A DNA stretch of 64,000 nt, taken from the NCBI GenBank assembly GCA_002718035.1, contig PBCX01000003.1, positions 85,393-149,392 of the forward strand. The letters are read 5' to 3'. The position numbers and the translations under genes were made by a program. The number at the start of each line of letters is the position of its first letter. The first letter of the stretch is position 1. Shown one piece after another: positions 22,632 through 32,436 of the stretch. Under the pieces are notes generated by a model, which was not told the DNA's origin, ran no database searches, and saw only the letters and a program-made list of their open reading frames with translations. Origin of the DNA: Flavobacteriales bacterium (GTDB lineage Bacteria; Bacteroidota; Bacteroidia; Flavobacteriales; TMED113).

Positions 22632-23972
22632 ATGCAACAAATTAATTTTATATTTTTTTTTCTATCGTTGATAATTTTTTCTCAAGAAATATCTATTAAT
22701 TTAAATGGAGATTCCATTACTTTCAAATCTTTTTCTTCTCATAATAATATTATTTTAAAAAGTGATACACTAATGAAAATTGATCAAGGAATTTATGAGT
22801 TCTCAAATAATGAACATGATTTTAAAATTTACATTAATGAAAAAAAAATATATAATTTGTCAATTGAAGAAGGTAGTGTTTTATTTGATGGTCTATCAAA
22901 AAATGAATTTATTAGTTTAAATAATTTTTTTAATTATTACTCTTCATTAATTGAAAATTTAGTTGATAACAAAAATTATCCTGACAGATACGAAATTAAT
23001 ATGTATGATGTGAAAAAAAAATTAAAAAATTATCTGCGTAATGAATATAATTTTGAAGATGATTATAATATTTCTTTAGAATTTTTATCTAAATATGTTG
23101 ATTATATTTATTATAATTCTTTGTGTCAATTTATAATTAAAAATAATAAATATAAGGACAACTTTTCATTTAATTTAATTCCATATTTTTTAGAAGAATC
23201 TTTTTATTATGAATCAATTAGTCAAAATTTAAATTTTTTGTTGTACAAAAAATATATATACAATATGACTTTGCTTTTATCTGTAAAAAATTCAATCAAG
23301 CAAGATCAATCTATAAAATCATTATTTTTTTCTTTTTATAAATTCGCCAAAAAAAATTTAAATGATGATTTATTGAATTTTTCTATAAATGAGTTTGTGT
23401 TCAATTATACAAGTAACATTAAACCATCTTTTCTTGAGGAAATTTTTTTATTTTATGATAATGTAACAGAAAAGTATTTAGCCAATGTTAAACTAAAATA
23501 TGAGAAAAGAAATAATTCGTTTGATCATTCTAATGTAGAGCCTAATGATAGTTTTAAATTTTATTTAGAAGGTACTAATGCTAACAAAACTTCATTAAAT
23601 AATTATTTAGGCAAAGTTGTTTATATTGACATTTGGGCAAGTTGGTGTGGACCTTGTAGAAAACTTTTTCCATATTCAAAGAAACTTAAAGGAAAATTCA
23701 GTAGAAAACAATTAAAAAAAATAAGCTTTGTGAATATTTCTATTGATAATGATTATAGTAAGTGGAAAAAATCTTTAAAACAATTAAATATAGAGGGTGA
23801 TAATTTTATATCTCCTTCAAAAATTAATAACAGTGTAAGTGATTTTTTTCAAATTTCAAGTATCCCTAGATACATAATCATTGATAAATCAGGAAACATT
23901 GTTGATAATAATGCAAAAAGACCTAATGATTTAAGTTTATATGATGATTTGATAGAATTATTGAGCAAATAA
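22632..23972 (+). CDS. TlpA/redoxin-family thiol-disulfide oxidoreductase with long N-terminal region
   Basis: Signal peptide; C-terminal GKVVYIDIWASWCGPC, ISID and IPRYIIIDKSG. Confidence 0.82.
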   Translation: MQQINFIFFFLSLIIFSQEISINLNGDSITFKSFSSHNNIILKSDTLMKIDQGIYEFSNNEHDFKIYINEKKIYNLSIEEGSVLFDGLSKNEFISLNNFFNYYSSLIENLVDNKNYPDRYEINMYDVKKKLKNYLRNEYNFEDDYNISLEFLSKYVDYIYYNSLCQFIIKNNKYKDNFSFNLIPYFLEESFYYESISQNLNFLLYKKYIYNMTLLLSVKNSIKQDQSIKSLFFSFYKFAKKNLNDDLLNFSINEFVFNYTSNIKPSFLEEIFLFYDNVTEKYLANVKLKYEKRNNSFDHSNVEPNDSFKFYLEGTNANKTSLNNYLGKVVYIDIWASWCGPCRKLFPYSKKLKGKFSRKQLKKISFVNISIDNDYSKWKKSLKQLNIEGDNFISPSKINNSVSDFFQISSIPRYIIIDKSGNIVDNNAKRPNDLSLYDDLIELLSK

Positions 23973-23976
23973 AAAG

Positions 23977-24050
23977 TAGCGAGGGGGAGATTTGAACTCC
24001 CGACCTCAGGGTTATGAATCCTGCGCTCTAACCAACTGAGCTACCTCGCC
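23977..24050 (-). tRNA. tRNA with CAT anticodon, most likely elongator tRNA-Met
   Basis: Reverse complement GGCGAGGTAGCTCAGTTGGTTAGAGCGCAGGATTCATAACCCTGAGGTCGGGAGTTCAAATCTCCCCCTCGCTA folds as a cloverleaf; G1:U72 pair and no run of three GC pairs in the anticodon stem argue against initiator; CCA not encoded. Confidence 0.93.
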
Positions 24051-24059
24051 TAATCAAAA

Positions 24060-24067
24060 CAAATATA
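24060..24067 (-). promoter_or_regulatory. Bacteroidota -7 promoter element for the tRNA
   Basis: TATATTTG on the minus strand, 9 nt upstream of the tRNA 5' end. Confidence 0.6.
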
Positions 24068-24090
24068 TATTTTTTATTTTTGATTTAAAC

Positions 24091-25695
24091 ATGAAAAAAA
24101 ACAAATTATTTATTCTCATTTCTATAATTACAATTAATTTATTTTTTTCATGTGTCAATTCTTCTCATGAAAATAAAAAATACATATTTAGATATAATGA
24201 ATCCTCTGGAATTACTTCGTTAGATCCTATTTTTTCTAACACTAAATCAAATATTTGGGCAGTTAACCATATATTTAATGGTTTGGTAGATTTAGATGAA
24301 AATTTAAATATTACCCCTTCAATTGCAAAATCATGGGCATTTGATGAAAAACTACTTGAATATAAATTTATTTTAAGAGATGATGTTTACTTTCATGAAT
24401 CAGAATTTTTTAAAAATAATAAAAAAACAAGAAGGGTAGTTGCAAGTGATTTTATTTACAGTTTTAATAGAATTAAAGATGATAAATTTTCCTCTCCCGG
24501 AAGATGGGTAATGGATTATTTTTTGGATGATTACCCTTTCCGTGAAATTAATGATACAATCTTAATTATTAGATTAAAGGAACCTTTCCCTTCTGTTATT
24601 AATATTCTTGCAATGAAATATTTTTCTGTTGTTCCTAAAGAAGTTGTGGAAAATCAAAATTTTTCTAAAAATCCAGTTGGAACTGGTCCTTTTAAATTTA
24701 AGTATTGGATGGATAATGTAAAGTTAGTTTTATTAAAAAATAAGAATTACTTTGAATTTGAAAAAAATTATAGATTACCATATTTAGATGCGATAAATAT
24801 TTCTTTTATAAAAAATCCTGAGTCTTTATTTATTAATTTTTTACAATCAAAAATTGACTTTGTTTCAGGTCATTACCCAATTTTTCAAGAAGAGTTTTTA
24901 ACAACTAATGGTGAAATGAAGAGTGAGTATAATAAATTATTTTTTTTAGAAAAAACACCTTATTTAAATACTGAGTTTTTAGCTTTTAATATTGATAAAT
25001 GTATTCAAGACCAAAGTATATTAGCTAATTTAAATATTAGAAAAGCATTGAACTATAGTGTAAATAAATATGAAATGATAAAATATTTAAGAAAAAACAT
25101 GGTTTTTCCTGCAAATGCTGGTATTGTTCCAGATTTTCTATCAAATTATAATCTCAAAGCATTTTCATATAATCTAGACTCTATTAATAATTTATTAAAA
25201 TTAGATAAGCCATTACACAGTACTATTGATTTATTCACAACACCAGAATATCTTGATATTTGTGAGTATTTACAATCTAATTTTTCAGAAATAGGAATTG
25301 ATTTAAATATTAAGGTAAATACACCCTCCGTACACAGGGAGTTAGTTTCAAGTGGTTCAGCGTGTTTCTTTAGAGGATCTTGGATTGCAGATTATCCTGA
25401 TCCTGAAAATTATTTACAATTATTTATAACAAAAAATAAATCTCCAATTGGTTCAAATAGAACACATTTTTCAAATTTATATTTTGATAGTTTATACAAC
25501 GAAACTTTTTTAATAAAAGATCACAAAGTTAGGAATGATATTTTTTATAGAATGGAAAAAATTTTAATGGATACTGCAATTCTAATTCCACTTTATTATG
25601 ACATGGCAGTGAGATTTATTTCAAAAGATATTGAAGATTTCTCTGTTAATTCTATGAATATTTTATCCTTAAAGAAGGTTAAAAAGCATTTATGA
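24091..25695 (+). CDS. ABC transporter substrate-binding lipoprotein, family 5 (OppA/DppA-like)
   Basis: Lipobox FFSC, SLDP, IFNGLV, PSIAKSW, LRDDVYFH, PVGTGPF, WIADYPDPENYL. Confidence 0.88.
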   Translation: MKKNKLFILISIITINLFFSCVNSSHENKKYIFRYNESSGITSLDPIFSNTKSNIWAVNHIFNGLVDLDENLNITPSIAKSWAFDEKLLEYKFILRDDVYFHESEFFKNNKKTRRVVASDFIYSFNRIKDDKFSSPGRWVMDYFLDDYPFREINDTILIIRLKEPFPSVINILAMKYFSVVPKEVVENQNFSKNPVGTGPFKFKYWMDNVKLVLLKNKNYFEFEKNYRLPYLDAINISFIKNPESLFINFLQSKIDFVSGHYPIFQEEFLTTNGEMKSEYNKLFFLEKTPYLNTEFLAFNIDKCIQDQSILANLNIRKALNYSVNKYEMIKYLRKNMVFPANAGIVPDFLSNYNLKAFSYNLDSINNLLKLDKPLHSTIDLFTTPEYLDICEYLQSNFSEIGIDLNIKVNTPSVHRELVSSGSACFFRGSWIADYPDPENYLQLFITKNKSPIGSNRTHFSNLYFDSLYNETFLIKDHKVRNDIFYRMEKILMDTAILIPLYYDMAVRFISKDIEDFSVNSMNILSLKKVKKHL

Positions 25696-26445
25696 GTTAC
25701 TTATTTTTTTTAAAGTATCTTTTTCTTTTTTAGTCAGGCTTTTATATCCAGATGATGAAATTTTTTCTAAGATTTTATTAAGTTTAATTTCTTCTATTTT
25801 TTTTCTTGTATTATAGTCATAGTCATCTTCATATTTTTTTTTCAACTCATTTGCGTTACTCTTTTTTGAAATATTTTTTTTGTGTAAAAAAACAAAAATC
25901 AAACCATAAAATATACCCCCAAAATGTGCTAATAAACCACCATAGTTTTTTGAAATTATTGGAATAAATATTGAGTAAAAAATAATTATAACAGCTATAT
26001 ATTTTATTTTTATTGAGAAATTTGATTCTTCGAAAATTTTAAATGAATAATTTGGTGTAAAAATTACACTGGTTGTTAATATTGAAAGAATAGAAGCTGA
26101 TGATCCAATAAGTGAAATATTATCTAAATCAAAATTTATATTTGGTAAAATGAAAAAAATAGCACCAAATAAACCACCCATAATGTAGTTATTTAAAAGC
26201 TCTTTATTATTGAGATATTTAAGAAATATTTTACTTGACACAAACAGAAAAAACATGTTAAGAGCAAAATGAACTAATTTTTCATGTAAAAACATATAAG
26301 TAAAGATAGTCCAAGGGCTTTTAATAAATTTGATTGATTCTGATGAAACTCCAAATATGGATCTAAGGTCAATATTTTCAGTAAAATTTGAGAAAATTGC
26401 TAAAAGAAAAAAAAATAAATTAATTAATATGATTTTATTTAACAT
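25690..26445 (-). CDS. Rhomboid intramembrane serine protease with C-terminal KI...GY.SLT..EK extension
   Basis: PWTIFTYMFLH, HFALNM, catalytic GSS, AHFGG. Confidence 0.85.
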   Translation of the reverse strand: MLNKIILINLFFFLLAIFSNFTENIDLRSIFGVSSESIKFIKSPWTIFTYMFLHEKLVHFALNMFFLFVSSKIFLKYLNNKELLNNYIMGGLFGAIFFILPNINFDLDNISLIGSSASILSILTTSVIFTPNYSFKIFEESNFSIKIKYIAVIIIFYSIFIPIISKNYGGLLAHFGGIFYGLIFVFLHKKNISKKSNANELKKKYEDDYDYNTRKKIEEIKLNKILEKISSSGYKSLTKKEKDTLKKISNS

Positions 26446-26459
26446 ATATATTTAAATTC

Positions 26460-27188
26460 TCAATAATATTCATTTTTAAATTTCCAATATGCAAATATTA
26501 ATAGACCAAATAACATGCCTCCTAAATGAGCAAAATGAGCAACATTATCTTGGGGATTGTTACTTAGTCCTGAAAAAAGCTCCAGTAATCCATACCCTAT
26601 TACAAAGTACTTAGCTTTAATAGGAATAGCAAAATATAAATATAGTAGTGTGTTAGGAAATAAAACACCAAATGCTAAAAGAATGCCAAATAATGAACCT
26701 GAAGCTCCTACAACTGGTGTATTATATAAAAAAAATAACTTTTGAGCACTTGTTCTACTAATTCCTTCTGGAACAATTCCCTCTTTTAATATGATCATTA
26801 TTTGATCATAATTCATTGCAGATTCTAAATTAATAATTTGAAAATGAATAATTAAATAATGTAAAAAAGCAGCTCCAAATCCAGTAAGTAAATAATAATT
26901 GAGGAATCTTTTTGATCCCCATCTATTCTCAATATGTGTTCCAAACATCCAAACGGCAAACATGTTAAATAAAATGTGAGGGATGTTTCCATGCATGAAC
27001 ATATAAGAAACAATTTGCCAAGGGCTAAATAATTCAGATCTCCAATAATGCAGTCCTAAAATTTTTGTTAGATCAATATTTAAGGGAGGGGATTGGAGTA
27101 TTCCAGTTGCAATAAATAATAAAACATTAATTATAAGTAAATTTTTAACAACTGGAGGTAAAATTTGAAAGCGGTGATTGTTTATCAT
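26460..27188 (-). CDS. Rhomboid intramembrane serine protease
   Basis: WQIVSYMFMHG, HILFNM, VGASG, AHFAHLGG. Confidence 0.92.
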   Translation of the reverse strand: MINNHRFQILPPVVKNLLIINVLLFIATGILQSPPLNIDLTKILGLHYWRSELFSPWQIVSYMFMHGNIPHILFNMFAVWMFGTHIENRWGSKRFLNYYLLTGFGAAFLHYLIIHFQIINLESAMNYDQIMIILKEGIVPEGISRTSAQKLFFLYNTPVVGASGSLFGILLAFGVLFPNTLLYLYFAIPIKAKYFVIGYGLLELFSGLSNNPQDNVAHFAHLGGMLFGLLIFAYWKFKNEYY

Positions 27189-28945
27189 ACATCAAAGATA
27201 TTTTTAGGTTCAAAATTAATCATACAAGGTTTTCCATCTATTCCAAGAAATGGTGATTCGCAATTAAATAAAGATTTTATTAACTCAACCATTTCAATTT
27301 TCTCAAGTTTATCGTTCTGTTTTATAGAAGATGATTTAGCAACTGACCTTGATATTTTATTAAAAGCTTTGTCGGTTATATTTAAATTTTCATTTTTTAT
27401 TTCTTCAATAAAAAATTCAATTTTCTCTTTCAAATTTTTAGAGTTCATAAAGGATGGTATTCCATCGAGAACAATCAAGTTTTTTTCAATTTTTTTAATG
27501 TTATATCCTATTTCATTGAACAATAATTCATTATCTTTTATTACCAGTAAATCACTATTAGTTAACTCTATTTCTTGAGAAAATATTAATTTTTGGGTCG
27601 TAATTTTTTTTGAATTTAAATTCTTTAACTGGTTTTCATAAATTATTCTTTGGTGACATTTTCTTTGATCTAGTAAATAAGTTGAAGAAATACCTTGATT
27701 GTTTTTTAATACACATATCACATATCCTTCATTTATTTGTACAATTTCAACTATATCTATTAGTTCCTCTTCCTTAATTTCTTTTTCTTTGGAGTCAAAA
27801 AGTTTTTTCCAACTTTCAGTATTTTTTTCTTTAGAATTTGTATCAAAAGGGTTAAATTTTTTATTCACATGAATTTTTGGTTCAGTAACTACTTTATTAG
27901 AGTAAGTTGGAATATTAAAACTTGATTCTGTCTCAAAATCTATGCTTGGAGAGATATTGAATTTCCCTATTGATCTTTTAGAAGAAGAAAGTAAAATAGA
28001 GTATATTAGTTTATCATCATCAAATTTGATCTCTGTTTTTGATGGGTGAACATTTAAGTCAATTTTTTCAGTATTAATTTTTAAAAAAATAAAATAAGAG
28101 GCATATACATCTTTTTGAATAAGTCCATCAAAAGCATTTGTAACTGCATGATGTAGATAAGGAGCTTTAACAAATCTGTCATTTACAAAAAAGAATTGCT
28201 CTCCTCTTGTTTTTTTTGCAAAACTAGGCTTCCCTAAGAAACCTGAAATTGAAACAATATCAGTTTCTTCCTCAATTGGAACAATTTTTTCAATTATATT
28301 TTTTCCAAATAAACTATTAATTCTTTGTTTTAAATTTTCTTGTTTGAAATTATATATCAAATCATTATTATTTGTGAATTTAAAGCTGATGTTTTTATTT
28401 GCTAATGCGGATCTAGTAAATTCATCAACTATATGTCTTAATTCAACTTTATCAGTTTTTAAAAAATTTTTTCTTGCAGGAATATTAAAAAATAAATTTT
28501 TAACTGTTATATCTGTTCCATTATTTTTAATAATTTGTTTTTGCTCTTCTAATGTGCCCTGACTTAATATTACTTGATTTCCAGTTTCTCCATTTTCTTC
28601 TTTGCTTTTTAGTATTACTTTAGCTACTGATGCAATTGATGACAAAGCTTCTCCTCTAAATCCTAATGTATTAATGTGAAAAATATCCTCAGTTGTACTT
28701 ATTTTAGATGTTGAATGTCTTTCAAAACAAATTAATATATCTTTTTTATTCATTCCAATTCCATCATCAATGACTTGAATACTTTCTTTTCCTGATTTTT
28801 TTATGATTAGATGAATATTTTTTGCTCTAGCATCAACTGAGTTGTCAATTAATTCTTTTACTATGGAAGCAGGCCTTTGAATTACTTCTCCTGCAGCAAT
28901 TTGATTAATTACGTTTTTTGGTAGTAATTTTATTTTTGAATGCAT
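27185..28945 (-). CDS. mutL: DNA mismatch repair protein MutL
   Basis: NQIAAGEVIQRPASIVKEL, HSTSK, LGFRGEALSSI, NVHPSKTE. Confidence 0.96.
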   Translation of the reverse strand: MHSKIKLLPKNVINQIAAGEVIQRPASIVKELIDNSVDARAKNIHLIIKKSGKESIQVIDDGIGMNKKDILICFERHSTSKISTTEDIFHINTLGFRGEALSSIASVAKVILKSKEENGETGNQVILSQGTLEEQKQIIKNNGTDITVKNLFFNIPARKNFLKTDKVELRHIVDEFTRSALANKNISFKFTNNNDLIYNFKQENLKQRINSLFGKNIIEKIVPIEEETDIVSISGFLGKPSFAKKTRGEQFFFVNDRFVKAPYLHHAVTNAFDGLIQKDVYASYFIFLKINTEKIDLNVHPSKTEIKFDDDKLIYSILLSSSKRSIGKFNISPSIDFETESSFNIPTYSNKVVTEPKIHVNKKFNPFDTNSKEKNTESWKKLFDSKEKEIKEEELIDIVEIVQINEGYVICVLKNNQGISSTYLLDQRKCHQRIIYENQLKNLNSKKITTQKLIFSQEIELTNSDLLVIKDNELLFNEIGYNIKKIEKNLIVLDGIPSFMNSKNLKEKIEFFIEEIKNENLNITDKAFNKISRSVAKSSSIKQNDKLEKIEMVELIKSLFNCESPFLGIDGKPCMINFEPKNIFDV

Positions 28946-29116
28946 TTAAGAAAAAAATAATATTGAAAGAAACAAAAATAACATTATTAAAAATATTATT
29001 ACTGTATTTTTTGATTTTGGGACAGTTTTTTGCTTAAAATATTTTTTTTTAGAGTTTTTTTCATCGATGTATTTTGGCTTGTAATTAAATTTTTTATTTT
29101 TTTTTGTTCTAAACAT
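28946..29116 (-). CDS. Small (56 aa) basic protein with C-terminal TM helix, not in ORF track
   Basis: MFRTKKNKKFNYKPKY...VIIFLIMLFLFLSILFFS fills the nhaC-mutL gap exactly, with zero spacer on both sides. Confidence 0.65.
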   Translation of the reverse strand: MFRTKKNKKFNYKPKYIDEKNSKKKYFKQKTVPKSKNTVIIFLIMLFLFLSILFFS

Positions 29117-30523
29117 TTAGTTTATTTTTTTGATCTTAATTTTTGCATATGCATATAATAAAGTCATTAATGGGGATATTATGTTAAAAAAACAGTAGGG
29201 AAGATAACTAATAGTGGCAACACCTAAAACACCTGCTTGGTAAGCACCACATGTATTCCACGGGATTAGAACAGAGGTAACTGTTCCGGTATCTTCTAGA
29301 GTTCTACTTAAATTTTCGGGGGCTAATTTATTTTTTTTAAACATATTTTTATACATCCTTCCTGGAACCACGATGGCTAAATATTGATCAGATGCTGTTA
29401 AGTTAAAAAACATACAACTTCCAGCAGTTGAAGTTACTAATGATGTATTAGATTTTGCTCTTTTCATTATTGCATTTGCAATTATTTTTAAAAAACCAGC
29501 TTTTTCCATCACACCACCAAATATCATTGCACATATTATTAACCAGATAGTATTTAACATACCATACATTCCATTTGAACTCAATAAATCTCCTCCTATA
29601 TTAATTTCTCCAAACATAGCTTGTAAAATTATTTTATAGTATGTAAGAATTGTTAAAGCATTTGTTTCTGAAATACTAAAAATTATTTTTTCTTGAAACA
29701 ATATTGTGGTTATTCCACCTAAGATTGTTCCAACAAATAAAGTTGGAAAAGCGGGGACTTTTTTGAAAATTAAATAAATCATTATTAGTGGAGTAATGAA
29801 CAGTTCTGGTCCTATATAGAAGTTTTTTTCAATGGTTTCTATAATTTGATTAATCTCATTTGAATTTATATTTCCAGAAAATTTAAATCCTAAAATTAAA
29901 AATAAAATCAATGAGATTACAATTGATGGAATAGTAGTAAAAAACATATATTTTATATGTTTAATTAAGTCAACCTCAGCCATTGCAGATGCTAGATTTG
30001 TTGTGTCAGATAATGGAGATATTTTATCTCCAAAATAAGATCCTGATATGATTGCACCTGCACTTATTTCTGTTGGGATTCCAATAGCTTTACCGATGGT
30101 TATTAGGGCTACACCGATAGTTGCAACAGTAGTCCATGAGCTTCCAATTGCCGAAGCAACAATCGCACATACTATACAACTAGCAAATAAAAAAATACTA
30201 GGGTCAACTATCTGAATTCCATAATATATCATTGCTGGTACAATACCACCAATTAACCAAGTCCCAGTAAGGCTTCCAATAATAAGTAAAATTATAATAG
30301 CTCCCATTGCAGATGCTATACTACTTACTATACCATCTTGAAGATTTTTCCAATTAAATCCAAAATTTATTGCTATAATTGAAGCAAACATTGCAGAAAA
30401 AATTAAAGCTATTTGATTTGGGCCAGAGGTAGCGTTTTCAGAAAATACTATTACATTAATTGATAGCAAACTAATTAACAAAGCAATAGGAGAGGAGGCC
30501 CAGAAAATATTAACTTTCTTCAT
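29117..30523 (-). CDS. nhaC: Na+/H+ antiporter NhaC family
   Basis: GSSWTT, GAIISGSYFGDKISPLSDTTN, LSRTLED.GT, LIPWNTCG. Confidence 0.9.
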   Translation of the reverse strand: MKKVNIFWASSPIALLISLLSINVIVFSENATSGPNQIALIFSAMFASIIAINFGFNWKNLQDGIVSSIASAMGAIIILLIIGSLTGTWLIGGIVPAMIYYGIQIVDPSIFLFASCIVCAIVASAIGSSWTTVATIGVALITIGKAIGIPTEISAGAIISGSYFGDKISPLSDTTNLASAMAEVDLIKHIKYMFFTTIPSIVISLILFLILGFKFSGNINSNEINQIIETIEKNFYIGPELFITPLIMIYLIFKKVPAFPTLFVGTILGGITTILFQEKIIFSISETNALTILTYYKIILQAMFGEINIGGDLLSSNGMYGMLNTIWLIICAMIFGGVMEKAGFLKIIANAIMKRAKSNTSLVTSTAGSCMFFNLTASDQYLAIVVPGRMYKNMFKKNKLAPENLSRTLEDTGTVTSVLIPWNTCGAYQAGVLGVATISYLPYCFFNIISPLMTLLYAYAKIKIKKIN

Positions 30524-31106
30524 CAGTAAATTTAATTAGTTCATTATATATTTTTTCAGTTGGTAAGCCCATAACATTAAAAAAAGAACCTTTAATCCAT
30601 TTAATTCCAATAATACCTATCCACTCTTGAATTGCATAGGATCCAGCTTTATCATATGGTTTAAATTCTTTAATATAATATTCTATTTCTTTTTCACTTA
30701 ATTCTTTAAACATAACAATTGTTGAATCATGAAATATTTTTTGTTTTTTAATAGACTTAATTACTACTCCAGTAGTTACTTTATGTTCTTTTCCAGATAA
30801 AATTCTTAACATTTTTATTGCCTCTGTACTTGTTTTAGGTTTTCCTAATATCTTTTGATTAATTGAAACAAGTGTATCAGCGCAAATCAATATATCATCA
30901 TCTTTTAATTTTTTAAAACTTTTAGCTTTTAATAACGCCATAGATTTTGCAGCATTTTCAATATTTTTATAATTTTCAAATTCTTCTTTTACCTCACTTG
31001 TTTTAATAATAAATTTTAAACCTATTTTATCTAATAATTCTTTTCTACGTGGAGATTTTGACCCAAGGATAATATTGTACTTATTTAGATTAGTATTGCA
31101 TTCCAT
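30510..31106 (-). CDS. maf: Maf-family nucleotide pyrophosphatase
   Basis: ILGSKSPRRKELL, CADT, LGKP, DKAGSYAIQ, NVMGLP. Start uncertain (ATG 31106 chosen). Confidence 0.9.
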   Translation of the reverse strand: MECNTNLNKYNIILGSKSPRRKELLDKIGLKFIIKTSEVKEEFENYKNIENAAKSMALLKAKSFKKLKDDDILICADTLVSINQKILGKPKTSTEAIKMLRILSGKEHKVTTGVVIKSIKKQKIFHDSTIVMFKELSEKEIEYYIKEFKPYDKAGSYAIQEWIGIIGIKWIKGSFFNVMGLPTEKIYNELIKFTDEES

Positions 31107-31614
31107 CTTCATAATCCCAATCATTATTTACTTTTAATACTTGTTCAATTACATCTCTTACACATCCATTTCCCCCATTTATATTTGAAATATAATGACT
31201 AATTTCTTTTATTTCGTAAACGGCATCATTAGGGCAACAAGCTAATCCAATATTTTTCATAGGTTTAAGATCTGGAATATCATCACCCATATAAAGGGTA
31301 GTGTTTGGATCAATTTTATTATCAGATAAATATTTATTTAAAATGGGCAGTTTATTATGAGCATTTAAGTAAATATTAGTTATACCTAATTTCTCTAAAC
31401 GTTCTTTGATATTTTTTTCTCTTCCCCCTGTAATTACAGCAATATTATACCCTTTTTTTAATGCAAGTTTTAATGCAAAGCCATCTTTTGCATTCATTTT
31501 TCTAACAAAATTTCCATCAGGAAAAATATATAAACCTCCATTAGTTAAAACTCCATCTACATCAAAAATAAATGAGTTTATATTTTGAAACTTTTCTTTA
31601 TAATTTATTTTCAT
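31090..31614 (-). CDS. kdsC: KdsC-family HAD phosphatase
   Basis: FDVDGVLT, KDG, ITGG, YMGDDIPD, GGNGCVRDVIE. Confidence 0.88.
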   Translation of the reverse strand: MKINYKEKFQNINSFIFDVDGVLTNGGLYIFPDGNFVRKMNAKDGFALKLALKKGYNIAVITGGREKNIKERLEKLGITNIYLNAHNKLPILNKYLSDNKIDPNTTLYMGDDIPDLKPMKNIGLACCPNDAVYEIKEISHYISNINGGNGCVRDVIEQVLKVNNDWDYEDGMQY

Positions 31615-32365
31615 AAGTTGCGATAATACTATCGGTCATGGATTTATAAATATTAATATATTTCTTTTTTTTTGCCTTTGATAAAATTCCTAAATGTTTT
31701 TCAATAGTTTTAAAGTCTTTTCTTTTTGCGGGTCCAGTTTGATTTTCTCTAATACTGTATCTAAATGCTTTGTTTGTAGTTTCATAAATAATTGGTTTCA
31801 ATATTGAAAAATCAATTTTTTTATCATTTAAAATATTTTTAGAAATGTAAAATAAATGATTAATAAAATTACACGAAAATACAGCTGAAAGGTGAATAAT
31901 TTTTCTGTTTTGTATATTCATCTCAAAAACATTTTCAGATAAATTCAAGAATAAACTTTTTAATAAAATTTCAAATTTTTTACTATTGGCTTCAATGCAT
32001 ATAGGTATATCCTTAAAATTAACTTCTTGCTTTGTAAATGTTTGAATTGGCCATACAACTCCATAATTTTCAGAACAGTTTTTTAAAATATTGATATTTC
32101 TTGTTCCTGAAGTGTGAATTATAGCTTTACATTTAATTTCTTTTGAAATTTTACTTATTTGATCATCAGGAACACCAAGGATAACAAGATCAGTATTTTT
32201 GGGGATGATGATTTCTTTTGAAAAATTAGAATCTAATTTTTCCGCAAGCTTTAAACCTGTTAATTCATTTCTTGAGCATATTTTGTTAATATTAAAGCTT
32301 GACTTTTTTAATGCCAATCCGATATTCATTGAAATATTTCCAGAACCAATTATACAGATATTCAT
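31598..32365 (-). CDS. Rossmann-like / DUF2520 domain oxidoreductase
   Basis: IGSGN, VPDD, HTSG, PIQTF, HLSAVFSCNFINH, QTGPAKRKD. Confidence 0.85.
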   Translation of the reverse strand: MNICIIGSGNISMNIGLALKKSSFNINKICSRNELTGLKLAEKLDSNFSKEIIIPKNTDLVILGVPDDQISKISKEIKCKAIIHTSGTRNINILKNCSENYGVVWPIQTFTKQEVNFKDIPICIEANSKKFEILLKSLFLNLSENVFEMNIQNRKIIHLSAVFSCNFINHLFYISKNILNDKKIDFSILKPIIYETTNKAFRYSIRENQTGPAKRKDFKTIEKHLGILSKAKKKKYINIYKSMTDSIIATYENKL

Positions 32366-32407
32366 TTTTTTAGTTCAAATATGCATTAATATAACATAAA
32401 AAATAAA

Positions 32408-32415
32408 TATTTTTG
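32408..32415 (+). promoter_or_regulatory. Bacteroidota -7 promoter element
   Basis: TATTTTTG, 21 nt before the ccsBA ATG. Confidence 0.5.
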
Positions 32416-32436
32416 TATAGAAAATAATTATAAAAT

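Noticed and set aside
23977-24090. tRNA as a prophage or island integration site
   Set aside because: No integrase, no duplicated tRNA 3' end and no compositional shift nearby.
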